This document shows, piece after piece, positions 9,508 through 20,200 of a stretch of DNA of 64,000 bases; the first letter of the stretch is position 1; the number at the start of each line of letters is the position of its first letter. Source of the DNA: Rebecca billardiae RCC1528 (taxonomy: Eukaryota > Protista > Haptophyta); NCBI GenBank assembly GCA_965240325.2, contig OZ251223.1, forward strand, positions 1,488,001 to 1,552,000. The letters run 5' to 3'. The notes below the pieces were generated by a model. The model made no database searches. It had not been told where the DNA came from and was given only the letters and a program-made list of their open reading frames with translations. The translations under genes and the position numbers were made by a program.

Positions 9508-11173
9508 CGGCTACGCCGATATTCGGGTAGTGAACAACGAAGTTGACGGCGCACGGCCCTATAGTGGCTAGTTGTCGCGTTCTGTCTTATTCGTCACGAA
9601 TCACGCAGCTTGTGAATGTGAGCAGCAGCCGGCTTGTGACGACACGGTCGGACGGTCGGACGGTGCCATGCGCCGAATGCAGCCGAGTCACTGGCGAGTC
9701 CGACAGCCGGGCGGCGGCGCCGGGGGTGCACGCGAGCTCGCACGCGCGTTGTGTGCGCAGCCGCGCTGCGCGCAGAGCAGCCACTCAGCGCCGCGCCCGA
9801 CCACTACGCGAGAAGCCGCTGCGCCGCGCGCAGCGGCAGCAGCGGCGCCTCCGCAGCGCGCGCCGAGCCGCCAGGCCTCCCGCCCGCCTCACGGCCGCGG
9901 CCGCGGCGCGCGAGCGACTTGCGGCTTGCGGCGGCGGCGGGCAGCGGCGGCGCGGCGAGCGCGCACAGCGGCCCCTCGAGCGTGCGGCCGAGCGCCGCCG
10001 CGTACGTCGGGTCGCGCGCCGCGCGCCGTCGCCCACACGGCAGCAGCCCCGCGTGCGCCGCCGTCTGCCACGAGGGCGCGGAGCACGGTGGTGCACACAT
10101 TTTGGAGGCGCGCGCCGTCGAGGCGCGGGACGGGCGGGAGGGCGGACGGGGGCGGGAGGAGCGGCGGCGGCGGCGGCGGCGCGTTGCGCGAGCCGCAGCG
10201 TACGCCCGCGCCGATCTTGAATCTCGACGGCGGCGGTGCGGCGGCCGTGGCAGCGCGTGCGCGCGCGTTGACCAACGGCGGCGCGGCCTCTGCCGTCTGC
10301 GACGGCGGCACGGTGCGGCAAGGGCAGCGGCGGCGCGACGGCGTCGGCGGTGGCGCGCTCGCACAGCGTCTGCCGCCCGCGTGCGCCGCCGTCGTCGCCG
10401 TCGTCGCCGCGACGGCGGCACTGTGCGCCGACCGGTTAGCGCCCTCCGGCTCCGCCCCTGCGCTGACTGACGGGACGCCGAGGAGTTGACGGAGGGCGTG
10501 CGCGCGAGGTCGGCGGCGGTGTGCGCGGCGGCGCTGGGCGAGTGCGCCAGCTTCTCGGGCAGCGCATGCCCCGCCGCGCGCCTGCCGCCGCCCAGGCTCC
10601 CCGGCGCTCGGCCGCGCGCCACGCCGCCGCGCGCGCGCACGGGGCGGCACGTGCGCACGGCGGCACCGACGGAACATGCTGACGCCTCGCGATCTGAATC
10701 GTCACGCGACTTATGCTGGTAGTCTTATTTTCGATCACACCCGCATTGGCTTCGGAATCAGTTTGCAATAAGGGGTGAGGAATCTTGAATGACAATCGCA
10801 ATAATTGCCCTTCCGCTCAGGCTGTCTAGGACACACTCACTACACTTCTTTCATCAGAGAGCTCTTAATCCTCGCAGATAAAGATTTCGAATCCCACCCG
10901 CATTGGGCCAAGAAGCCAATAACAGATGACTTCGTCCTATTGGCTATTTGCTTCCGATTTCTTCTATTACTTACTATCCAAGGATTAAGGAGCAGTACAA
11001 ACGCAATCATGAGCAGCGAAATGGACTCAAATGCTCGGTTTCACACCTAAATCCACCTACAAAAATCCCCCCAAATCCTGCGCGCATCCTCTTTTTTGAT
11101 TTTGCGGAGCACGTGCGCCGCCCCCCCCGGCTTTCGCTCACGCTCAGACCTTTCGGGGGGGCCGTGCGCCATA
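9504..11173 (-). mobile_element. Non-autonomous Helentron/Helitron2-like element, family HA
   Basis: On the minus strand: 5' TAT-GGCGCACGGCCC (11170-11159), its perfect inverted copy at 9548-9559, a 27-nt spacer, the hairpin ATCGGC-GTA-GCCGAT (9520-9506), then (TA)n. Confidence 0.75.
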
Positions 11174-12487
11174 ACGGGCTCCGGGTGATCCGTGAGACTG
11201 GCGGCCGAAGCCTCCAGTCCTACGGCCCTGGCCAGCCCCCAACCAACCACCACGCTCACCCAACCTCAAACCACTGACCGAGACACCTAGTGCCTTGACA
11301 CCACTCCACTGTGGACAGCCCGCCTCCAGATAGCTACTCCAGACTCCAGAGGCCCGAGTCACTGAGAGGGGGCGGGGGTATGCCATTGCCAACAGCACAC
11401 AAGCCCAACGCGGTCGCGGTGGGGTGGTCCCAGGTACAAGCAGTGCACTGTCTTGCAATTCGAGATCATCGAGTGTGAGCCGAGTCGGCAGAAGGGGCAC
11501 CCCCTAGGGTGCCCCAGTGTGGGGCCAGCCACTAGCCGATCCCTGCGCGGGGAAGGGGACGGAGCCGGGACTGTCAGCGAGCCCAGTAGCTGGGCAGGGG
11601 TCTGGGCCACTGGCCCTGGCCGCGAGGCGCCTGTATTTCACTCGTGCGGCTATGGAGGGAGAGGGTGTCATGTCAGACATGTGTGCGACATCGGGCATCA
11701 ACTCATCAAGTCAGGGCGTGGGCCGCTGTAGGACGCAAGCACTGAGTGGTGGCGATGGCTAATATGCCTGGGGAGGTGTCGTTTGCGCGCCTCTTCCTGC
11801 TGCTCTTTGCAGGGGGTAGCGTGCTCGGCTGTGCAGGCTGAGCCTGCCTGCCAGTTGGTGCTAGGATAGGCACATTAGTGCCTGGCGAGGTGGGCAGTGT
11901 CGTTTCGGCGGGGGGCTGTCTTGCTGAGCTTGACTAGGAGGAGGCAGCCTGCGCCTGGGGGCTGCCAGTGGCCTGGCAGAGCCAGCAGGTGGCTGTGTGG
12001 CCTGCTGTCCAGTGTCTGACTGTGCAAGCAGCAGTCAGACTGGGCCGCGCCGATGCCGGACAGCGCGCCGGACAGGATGCCAGGATGTACATGTAGTATG
12101 GAATGTTGAGCCCCACTGTCGGTTGGGGAAGGCTTGTATCAAGCGGCACTGTGACTTGGGTACCGGGTAGCATACGGTATCACACAGAAGGCCTGTCATG
12201 CGGGCGTCAATCTCGCATGCCTGAGCTGTGTGCGTCTCTTATTCTTAGTAAACTGTAGGACGGTGTCGTGCTCCGTTCCGGATCAAAAATACACTGTGCA
12301 AACACCAACACCGGACTCGGGGACGTGTCTTTCGACCCACAGTTGGTTGGTCCGCATCCAGATAATGCCACCACCCGTTCCACGGGGTGTTGTTCCGCCG
12401 CCAGGCGCCCCGGCTGGTGGCGGACTGGCGGAAGGATGGCGAACAGGTGGGCGCGTGGCCGACGTGCGGACCGAGATATGCGTGACT

Positions 12488-13478
12488 TGGGCGGCGCGCG
12501 CCGCGCGGGCGGGATGGCTCGGACCCATGCGCGCCTTTGAGCGCCCGGCGACCGCGCGCGCATCGGCTTCCTCCGCCTGCAAGTCGCCCGCGCCCGCGGC
12601 GGCCGCCCGCTTCGAGGGGGTTGACTGCGCCCGAGCCTGCTCGCGGCCGAGCGCAGGGATGAGTTGAGCGCGGCGCGAGGCGGCGATCACGATCGGGCGA
12701 TCGCATGCGCCCATCTGCGCCCTATTTGCCTCGGCGCGACAGCTTCAGCGTGCGTATGGGACCCCACTTGTCAGGCATGTCGGGGAGCGGGCGAGCTCTG
12801 TCGGCCAGCGTGTCCGCCCGCGCCGCGTGCGCGAAGGGCTCTACGCATCGGATGTCGCTCCGTGGCGTCTCGTGATGTCTTCGCTACGCAAGCTGGCGGG
12901 CACGGTTGGTCCGCATCCGTAGTCATGGGGACGTCCACTGATGCCGTGTGCACCACTGTGACAGAACTCAAGAAGCAACTTCTTCTCGACCAGAGTTGTC
13001 GTCAGCATTGACGCACGTTGCGAGCTGGCAGAGCAGTGGATGGCATGACCTTGGTGGCCCACGCGGGGCTGTGCACGGCCATGGCCATGCACTGATGCCG
13101 GTTGTGACGTGTTTCCGCGTCGTATGGCCCTGTGCGCACGCGGCGCGGGCGGACACACTGGCCGACGGTGCTCGCCTGCTACCCGACATCCCTGACAAGT
13201 GGGGTGACATACGCACGCTGAAGCGGTCGCGCCGTGGCAGATGGGGCGCATATGGGCGCACACGATCGCCCGATCACGATCGCCGCCTCGCGCCGCGCTC
13301 GACTCATCCCTGCGCTCGGCGGCGAGCAGGCTCGGGCGCAGTCAACCCACTCGAAGCGGGCGGAGGTCGCGGCCGCGGGCGACTCGCAGGCGGAGGAAGC
13401 CGATGCGCGCGCGGTCGCCGGGCGCTCGAAGGCGCGCATGGGTCCGAGCCACCTCGCCAGCGCGGCGCGCGCCGCCAA
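12488..13478. repeat. Long inverted repeat (arms of ~350 bp, 12488-12839 and 13127-13478), foldback/MITE-like
   Basis: The arms are reverse-complementary with scattered mismatches. The ORF track shows mirrored translations (12283..12714 - and 13234..13794 +). Confidence 0.9.
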
Positions 13479-13581
13479 CAGCAAGTCATCGACAGCAGAG
13501 CGCGTGGAACGCCGCGACGTCGACGTCGCCCGCCCGCCCCCGCCCCTTCTCAACGGCCGCGGCCCCGCGTGCGCCCAATGT

Positions 13582-13630
13582 GGTCCGGGAGCTCAAAAGG
13601 TGCAACTTGCACCTTTTGAGCTCCCGGACC
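13582..13630. repeat. Perfect 49-nt palindrome (24-bp stem, 1-nt loop)
   Basis: GGTCCGGGAGCTCAAAAGGTGCAA-C-TTGCACCTTTTGAGCTCCCGGACC. Confidence 0.95.
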
Positions 13631-13741
13631 GTGTCCGAACTAATATCGCCTTTCTGGAACGGGTGGGACAACGCACGGACTCACGACCGCAGGCGGACGG
13701 GAAGCCTCCACCTCCCGCGCGCACCCGGCCGCGCGCCCGAC

Positions 13742-15158
13742 ATGTACGCACATGGCAAGGAGTCGAAGCGGCGGCGGCTGGAGACCGTGACTGAGTTCAG
13801 CGAGCGGGTGTGCGCGGAGACGCCGCTGCACGTGGGGATGCACGTGGCGTTCCCGTCCATTCCGGGTGGGCAGATCAACTGCATCGGCAAGCTGGTCTGG
13901 GTGTCACCCACTACTGCAGGGCCACGTCCCGGGCACGGCGGAGGCGGCAGCGGCGGCGGTGGCGGGCGGCGCGGCACGGCACTGCAGTGCCGTGCCGTGC
14001 CGCTGCGCACATGCCGGCGCGGCCGTGCCGGCGCGGCACGGCAGCAAGGTGGTGGCGGCGCGGCTGCTACGACGCGCGAGGTCGTGGTGATGTCCGCGAA
14101 TGGCCGCAGCGAGCGCATGCTTGACATTGCGCTGCGCGTGCGCCCCACGCGCGCTGCAGACGGCGCGGTGGAAGCCTCTCCCTCTACAGCGCAGTTGCCC
14201 GCCGCTGCGCATGCAGCGCTGCCGCCGACGGACGCGGACGGTGTTGCGCCCTCGGGCATATCTGAGATCGACTTGCGGTCGCCCACACGGTCGCCCTCGG
14301 GCGTACTGGTGATCGACCTGCGGTCGCCTACACCGAGCCACGCTGGTGACGAAGACGACGAGGCGTGTGAGCAGGGAGCTGCGCACGACAGCGCTGATGC
14401 GCCAGATTCCTCGCCGCAGCCACAGCCGCAGCCGCCGCAACCGCCGCAGCAGCCGCAGCCGCAGCAGCGGCCACAGCCGTTGCAGCAGCAGCAGCCGCCG
14501 CAGCAGCAGCCGCCGCCGCAGCCGCAGCCGCAGCAGCGGCCACAGCCGCAGCCGCAGCCGCAGCCGCAGCCGCAGCCGGCGATGGGGGCGGCGCAGTCAG
14601 GGCCACTGCCGCCGCAGCAGCCCGCCGCGCCGCCGCCGCACCAACTGCCGCCGCAGCCGGCGGGCGCGGTGCCGCTCGCGCCGCCGCAGCAGCCGCAGCC
14701 GCAGCCGCAGCCGCCGCAGCCGCAGCACGCGCCGCAGCCAGCTGCCGCGCCGCCGCAGCCCGCGGCCGCGCCGCCGCCGCCGGCCGGCGCGGCCGGCGCG
14801 GCCGGCGCCGCCGCCGGCGGCGCGGCCGGCAAACAGGTGCGCATGGAGGACGTGCTAGAGTACCTCGGCCTTGTGAAGAAGCGCTTCGAGAGTCAGCCGC
14901 ACATCTACAACCAGTTCCTCGAGATCTTGAAGGAGTTCCAGGCGCAGTCGATCGACACGCCCGGCGTGATCGAGCGCGTGAGCACGCTCTTCCACGGCTC
15001 GCGCGAGCTCATCCTCGGCTTCTACACCTTCCTGCCGCCCGGGTACAAGATCGACTACGTGAACGACCGCGTGCACGTGCAGCACACGCCCGCGTGCGCG
15101 CCCACGCCCGCGCCGCCCGCGCTCGCGCCCGCGGGCGGCGGCGGCGGCGGCGCGGTGT

Positions 15159-15189
<31 letters not shown>

Positions 15190-16573
15190 GTACGGCGCGG
15201 CGGCCGGCGCCGGGCCGGCAGGCGGCGCGCCGCCACAGCCGCAGCCGCAGCCACAGCCGCAGCCGCAGCCGCAGCCGCAGCAACCGTCCTCCGGCCCGTT
15301 GGCCCTCGATGGCCAGTCGCACACGCTGGTCAAGGGCATGCAGAACTGGCTCAATGTGGACGTGGCCAAGTACAGCGCACCAGAGGCGCTGCTGTCCGCA
15401 GTGTGCACCCTGTCTGGCTACTACGCGGAGGCGCTCGACGCGTTCCAGCGCTCTGAGCTGCCGGCGGAGCGCTTGCTCGAGATTGCTCAGCAGCTGCGCA
15501 CGTGTTGCTTTGCCGAGGAGAGCGGCTCGCTCCGGCCAGTGCCTAAGCTGATGGAACTCGTCACGGCTCGGCTGTTTGGCCCACCGCAACCGCAGCAGCA
15601 GCCGCCGTCGCAGCAGCAGCCGCAACCGCAACCGCAGCAGCAGCCGCAACCGCAGCAGCAGCAGCAGCAGCCGCCGCCGCCGCAGCAGCAGCCGCAACCG
15701 CAGCAGCAGCAGCCGCCGCCGCCGCAGCAGCAGCAGCCGCAACCGCAGCAGCAGCAGCAGCCGCAACCGCAGCAGCAGCAGCAGCCGCCGCCGCCGCAGC
15801 AGCAGCAGCCGCCGCCGCAGCCGCAGCAGCCGCCGCCGCCGCCGCAGCAGCAGCCGCAACCGCAGCAGCAGCAGCAGCCGCAACCGCAGCAGCAGCAGCA
15901 GCCGCCGCCGCAGCAGCAGCAGCAGCCGCAACCGCAGCAGCCGCCGCAGCAGCCGCCGCCGCCGCAGCAGCCGCAACCGCAACCGCAGCAGCAGCCGCCG
16001 CCGCCGCAGCAGCCGCCGCAACCGCAGCAGCAGCCGCCGCTGCCGCAGCAGCCGCCGCAACCGCAGCAGCAGCCGCCGCCGCCGCCGCAGCAGCAGCAGC
16101 CGCAGCAGCAGCCGCAACCGCAACCGCAGCAGCAGCCGCAACCACAGCAGCAGCAGCAGCAGCCGCAGCAGCAGCCGCACAACCTGGAGGCGGGCCACCG
16201 AATCCCCGCGCAGCAGATACTCGCTACGTTCGCGCAGCAGCTCAAGTGCACCATCTGCCTCAGCATCTACGAGGATCCTCACTCGCTGTGGTGCACGCAC
16301 AACTTTTGCAAGGCGTGCATCAGCAAGCACTTGCGCGAATCGACCGAGCACGCATGTGCGCGCACGCGCGGCCGCGCGGGCACACGGCCCCGTCCACACG
16401 TGAAGCTGCGCCCGCACTCACACCCGACCCCACCCTCCCTCCCTCCGCGCGCCGTGGCGCCAGGCCCGCTGTGCAGGGTGCCCGTGTGGGTGCGGCAGCT
16501 CAGGCCCAACAGGGGCCTCGCTGATATCATGGACGCGTACACAAGACTCTCGGGGGAGGGGCGGGCGGAATAG
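13742..16573 (+). CDS. Gln/Pro-rich protein with a Sin3-type PAH domain and a C-terminal C3HC4 RING finger
   Basis: PAH: [73 protein letters not shown]: CTIC...CTHNFCKAC...C|PLC, restored by a 108-nt GT-AG intron at 16356-16463. Start codon uncertain. Confidence 0.8.
15583..16180 (+). repeat. Coding (CAG/CCG/CAA)n poly-Gln/Pro tract
   Basis: About 200 codons almost entirely Gln and Pro. Shorter tracts lie at 14418-14720 and 15230-15285. Confidence 0.95.
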
Positions 16574-17022
16574 CCACCGCGCTGTGGCAGCGCTCACCTG
16601 CTTCCTGCGCCAGCGGCAGCCAGCACGGGCCCGGAGCGCCAGCGGTAACGCCTGCAGCCGGGGCTGGGCCGGGCTGAGCAGCGCCGTGGGGCTGCGCGGC
16701 GCAAGACGCCGCAGCTGGCTGCGGCCGGGCCGGCAGGCGTCGTCGCCAAGGCCGAATTCCCTGCCCCGCTCAGCGAGGGCACCTCGGCGACACCAGTGTC
16801 AGCGGCGGCGATGCGCCCCGGCGCTGTCGCTGATGGGCCACAGCCTGCCTCGTCGCTCGGCCGGGGTAGCCCTACCCCAGCCGGCCGGGGCGCTCAGCTT
16901 GTCCGCGCGAGGCCGCCGCGGAGCCCGCGGACGGCGGTTCCGAATATCCGATGCCACTTCTGCGGACCGTTTTTATATATGCCATCATGTCGATATCGTC
17001 GGACTGCTCTCCCGCCAGCTAC

Positions 17023-17125
17023 TGCCTGCCTGAGCTGTGTGCGTCTCTTATGGAATATGGCCCGCGGTGCAGGGCGGAGCGCGTAGCGTGGAGCCCCGCC
17101 GGGGGCCCTCACTACGTTCATCAAC
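17023..17125 (+). mobile_element. Truncated T1 TIR joined to the 5' end of Helentron-like family HB
   Basis: TGCCTGCCTGAGCTGTGTGCGTCTCTTAT followed by TATGGCCCGCGGTGCAGGGCGGAGCGCGTAGCGTGGAGCCC, which is nearly identical to 39337-39380. Confidence 0.75.
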
Positions 17126-17263
17126 GTTATTGTCGTCGCAAATAATTGCAATAAAAAGAGCTATACTGCTACGCGCTTTACGACGACGATGATGAGATGA
17201 CGATCTGAGACGATGACACGATCATCGCGTCGTACTACGGTAGAGCTCTAGATAATATATAAG

Positions 17264-20200
17264 CTACTTGACGATGAAGTCTGCGAGCGAGCCCTCCGTG
17301 TCCGAGTCGGCGGCGCCTCCGTCAGAGTCACAGCTCGCAATCGTGCCGCCGCCGTCGTCGTCATCACTCCCTTCGGCGTCGTGATGAGACGAGCGCTCAG
17401 CGTCGTCGCCGCTGCCGCCGGCGTTGGAGCCCACCCAGTGGTCGCTGCCGCTCTCGTCGTCAGACACCTCGTCGTCATCCGAGGACGACGACGTCGCCGA
17501 TGCGCCGGACGCGGCCGGCTCCGAGGACGTGCGGACGTCGCAGCCCGCCGAGGGATTGGCGCGGTCGCCCTCCGCGCCATGCGCGGGCTCCGCTGTGGAG
17601 CTCTCGGCGGCCGGGCCGCGCGGGCTGCGGCGTCGGTGCAGCTCAGCGCCCCCGCCTCCGCGCTGGCGCATCGCGCGGCCCCGCACGCGCGAGCGCGCGA
17701 TCCGCGCCAGCTGCGCCTCCAGCTCGTCGAGGCTGCTCGCTCCGCTCTGCGCGTCCGAGTCGTTCCCGTCAGAAGCTTCGTCGGAGCCTTCTTCTCGGCG
17801 GCCGTCCGCGCGGCGCGCAGGCCCTGGCGGCAGTCCCACCCTGGGCTCGGGCGAGGGCGTGCCTTCGACGTCGCCCCGCCCGGCGGCGCTGCTGCCGCGC
17901 GCGGGCGAGGCGGAGGAGGAGGGCTCCGCGTCGTCGTCGCTCGACTCGCCGCCGCGCACGATGAAGCCACCCAGGGAGTCCTCGTCCGAGGAGGCGGACG
18001 CCTCCGCGTCCGCGCGGCCGTGGCCGCGCACGAACCGAGCGCCCGCGGCGGCGGCGCGGCGGCGCGGCGCGGCAGCAGCCGCCCGCGGCCCGCGCCGCTG
18101 CGCGCGCCGAGGCGCTGGGCGCAGCTGCGGCTGAGAGGCGGCCGCCGCGTCCGAGCCTGGCGCAGGGCTGCGCGCCGCCCCAGGCGGGGACGGCTGCCGC
18201 GCTGCACCGTCGCGCGGCGAGCGCGCGCGCTCGGCGGCCGATTGCGCGTGCGCCGCCGGCGAGCCGGCGCCCGCCGCGCCGCCGGCCGGCGCCTCAGCCT
18301 GCAGCTCGGCGAGACGACGCAGCCGGCGGCGGCCGGCGGGAGCGTGTACGGCGCGCGCGGGCGAGGGGGCAGAGGGCACGGGGATGCCCTCCGCCTCCTC
18401 GCCCGCCCCGGTGTGCGCGCCCACCACGCCACGCGCACGGGGCCCGCCGCTCTGCTCCAGCTCTGCGGTGCGCAGCAGCCGGCGGCGCGGCTGCTGCGGC
18501 CGAGCGCCTGCGCCCGCGTCGTCGGCAGCGGGCGGCGCGTCGGCGCGGGCAGGCTCGGCGCGCGCTTGCGCCTCGGCGGCGCGCGTGGGCTGAACGGCCG
18601 AGGCCGCGTGCGCCGGCTGCGCGAGGTGCGCGGGGCTGTGCACCCGCGGATGCTCCGACGAGCCCGCCGCCGCCGCCTCTGCGCGCCGCGACGCCTTCCG
18701 CCGCTCCGCTCTGGCCGCAGCGTCCGCGTCGGCGGACGCCGTGTCCTGCCCCGAAGCGCGCCGCGCCGCGGGCACGCGCCGGTGGGCGGGCGGTGTGTCG
18801 GCGCGGGCGGGCTTGGCGGCGGGCGATGGAGCGGCGGGCGTGGGCGACGCGCGCCGCTCCGCGCCGTTGCACGGCGGCCGATTCTCATCGGCCGTCGCGG
18901 CGTCGAGTGCTCGGCGCACCACCAGCCCAGCGCCGCCACCACCGCCGCTCTCAACACCCGCCGTCGCGGCCGCGGCCGACGGATTCGAGTCTGCAGCCGG
19001 CAGGGCCTTGCTTGCCGAGGGCGCGCGCGACCCGCCCTCGGCGGGGGGCTCGGCCAGCTCGGGCGGTGGCGAGTCGAAGGCGGGCTGCAGCGCGGTGTCG
19101 CTGTCCGCCACGGACAGCGGCGAGCCAGCAGCCGAGTCCGCCGCGCCCGGGCTCCCATCGCCCTCGGCGCGCGCCGAGCGCGCGCGCGCCGGCGAAGGCG
19201 AGTCGCGCGCGTGGTGAGCTGCCGCGCGCGCCGCCGCGCCGCCCGCCCTCACGACGAGGGGGAGCAAGGGCGGCGGCGAGCGCGCGTCGCTGGGCCCGTC
19301 GTCGCGCAGCGCGCGCAGCGCGTCCGCCACGAACCCTTCCACCGCGCCGAGCGCGCGCGCCGCCGCGTCGACGGGCAGACCATCCTCGCAGCCGGCCGGC
19401 GCGTCCGCGTCCGCGGCGGCGCGCGCCGCGCCCGTCGCTTCGTCGGGCGGCGCTAGCAGCGCGGCGCGCACGCGCGCGCCCAGCACGGCCAGGGCGAGAT
19501 CGCCGGCCTCGACGGCGGCGGCCCAGCCGCAGCGCGGCGCGACGAGGAGGTCGGGGAGCAGCGCGTGCCGCGCGAGCGCCGCCGCGTCCTCCGCGTCTGC
19601 GTCCGCGTCCGCGTCCCGCTGTTCGCGCCCGCACGGCGGCCGCGATGCGCCGGCCTCCGCCGCCGCAGACGCCGCATCCGCCGCCGGCCCGAGCGAGTCC
19701 AACAGGGCGGCGAGCGGCGCGCGGCCGGCGCCGCGGGCGGAGGCCAGCTCGCCGCAGGCGAGCACGGCGCGCGCGCCGCTCGCGCCGAAGAGGGACGGCC
19801 CGCCGCCCTCGCGGCACGCGCCGCCGCCCTTGGGCGCGCGCGCGCCATCGGCCGCGTCGGCCGCGCCGCCGTCCGCGTCGGCGGCCGCGGCCGCGAGCAG
19901 CAGGGTGGCGAGCGCGGCGCGCGGCGGCGTCGGCGTCGGCGCGCCGGCTGCTCCGCCGTCGAGCTGCGCGGGCGCGCCCGCGCCGTGCGAGGCCACGCTG
20001 CCTCGCAGCCCGAGCCTCTGCGCTCGCGCGGCGCACGGCGCGCACGCGCACGTCGGCGCGACGCCGCGCAGCGTGCGCACCAGCCACCCAAACGCGCGCC
20101 GCCCCGGCCTCGGGTCGTGCTCCGAGGGCGCGGGCATGCGCGGGTGGTAGAGCACACACAGCGACGTGCGCGCGCGCGTGAGGCCGACGTTAAGCAGACG

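Larger units (their letters stand above)
9160..12255. mobile_element. Putative full-length non-autonomous TIR element (family T1, CAGT termini, TA flanks) containing a nested Helentron-like element
   Basis: Left end TA|CAGTTGACTAAGAATAAGAGACGCACACAGCTCAGGCA; right end TGCCTGAGCTGTGTGCGTCTCTTATTCTTAGTAAACTG|TA. About 38 bp near-perfect inverted repeat. No transposase ORF seen. Confidence 0.65.

Noticed and set aside
13241-13741. N-terminal extension of the PAH-RING ORF
   Set aside because: It overlaps the inverted-repeat arm and the palindrome, so it is probably a fortuitous open frame.
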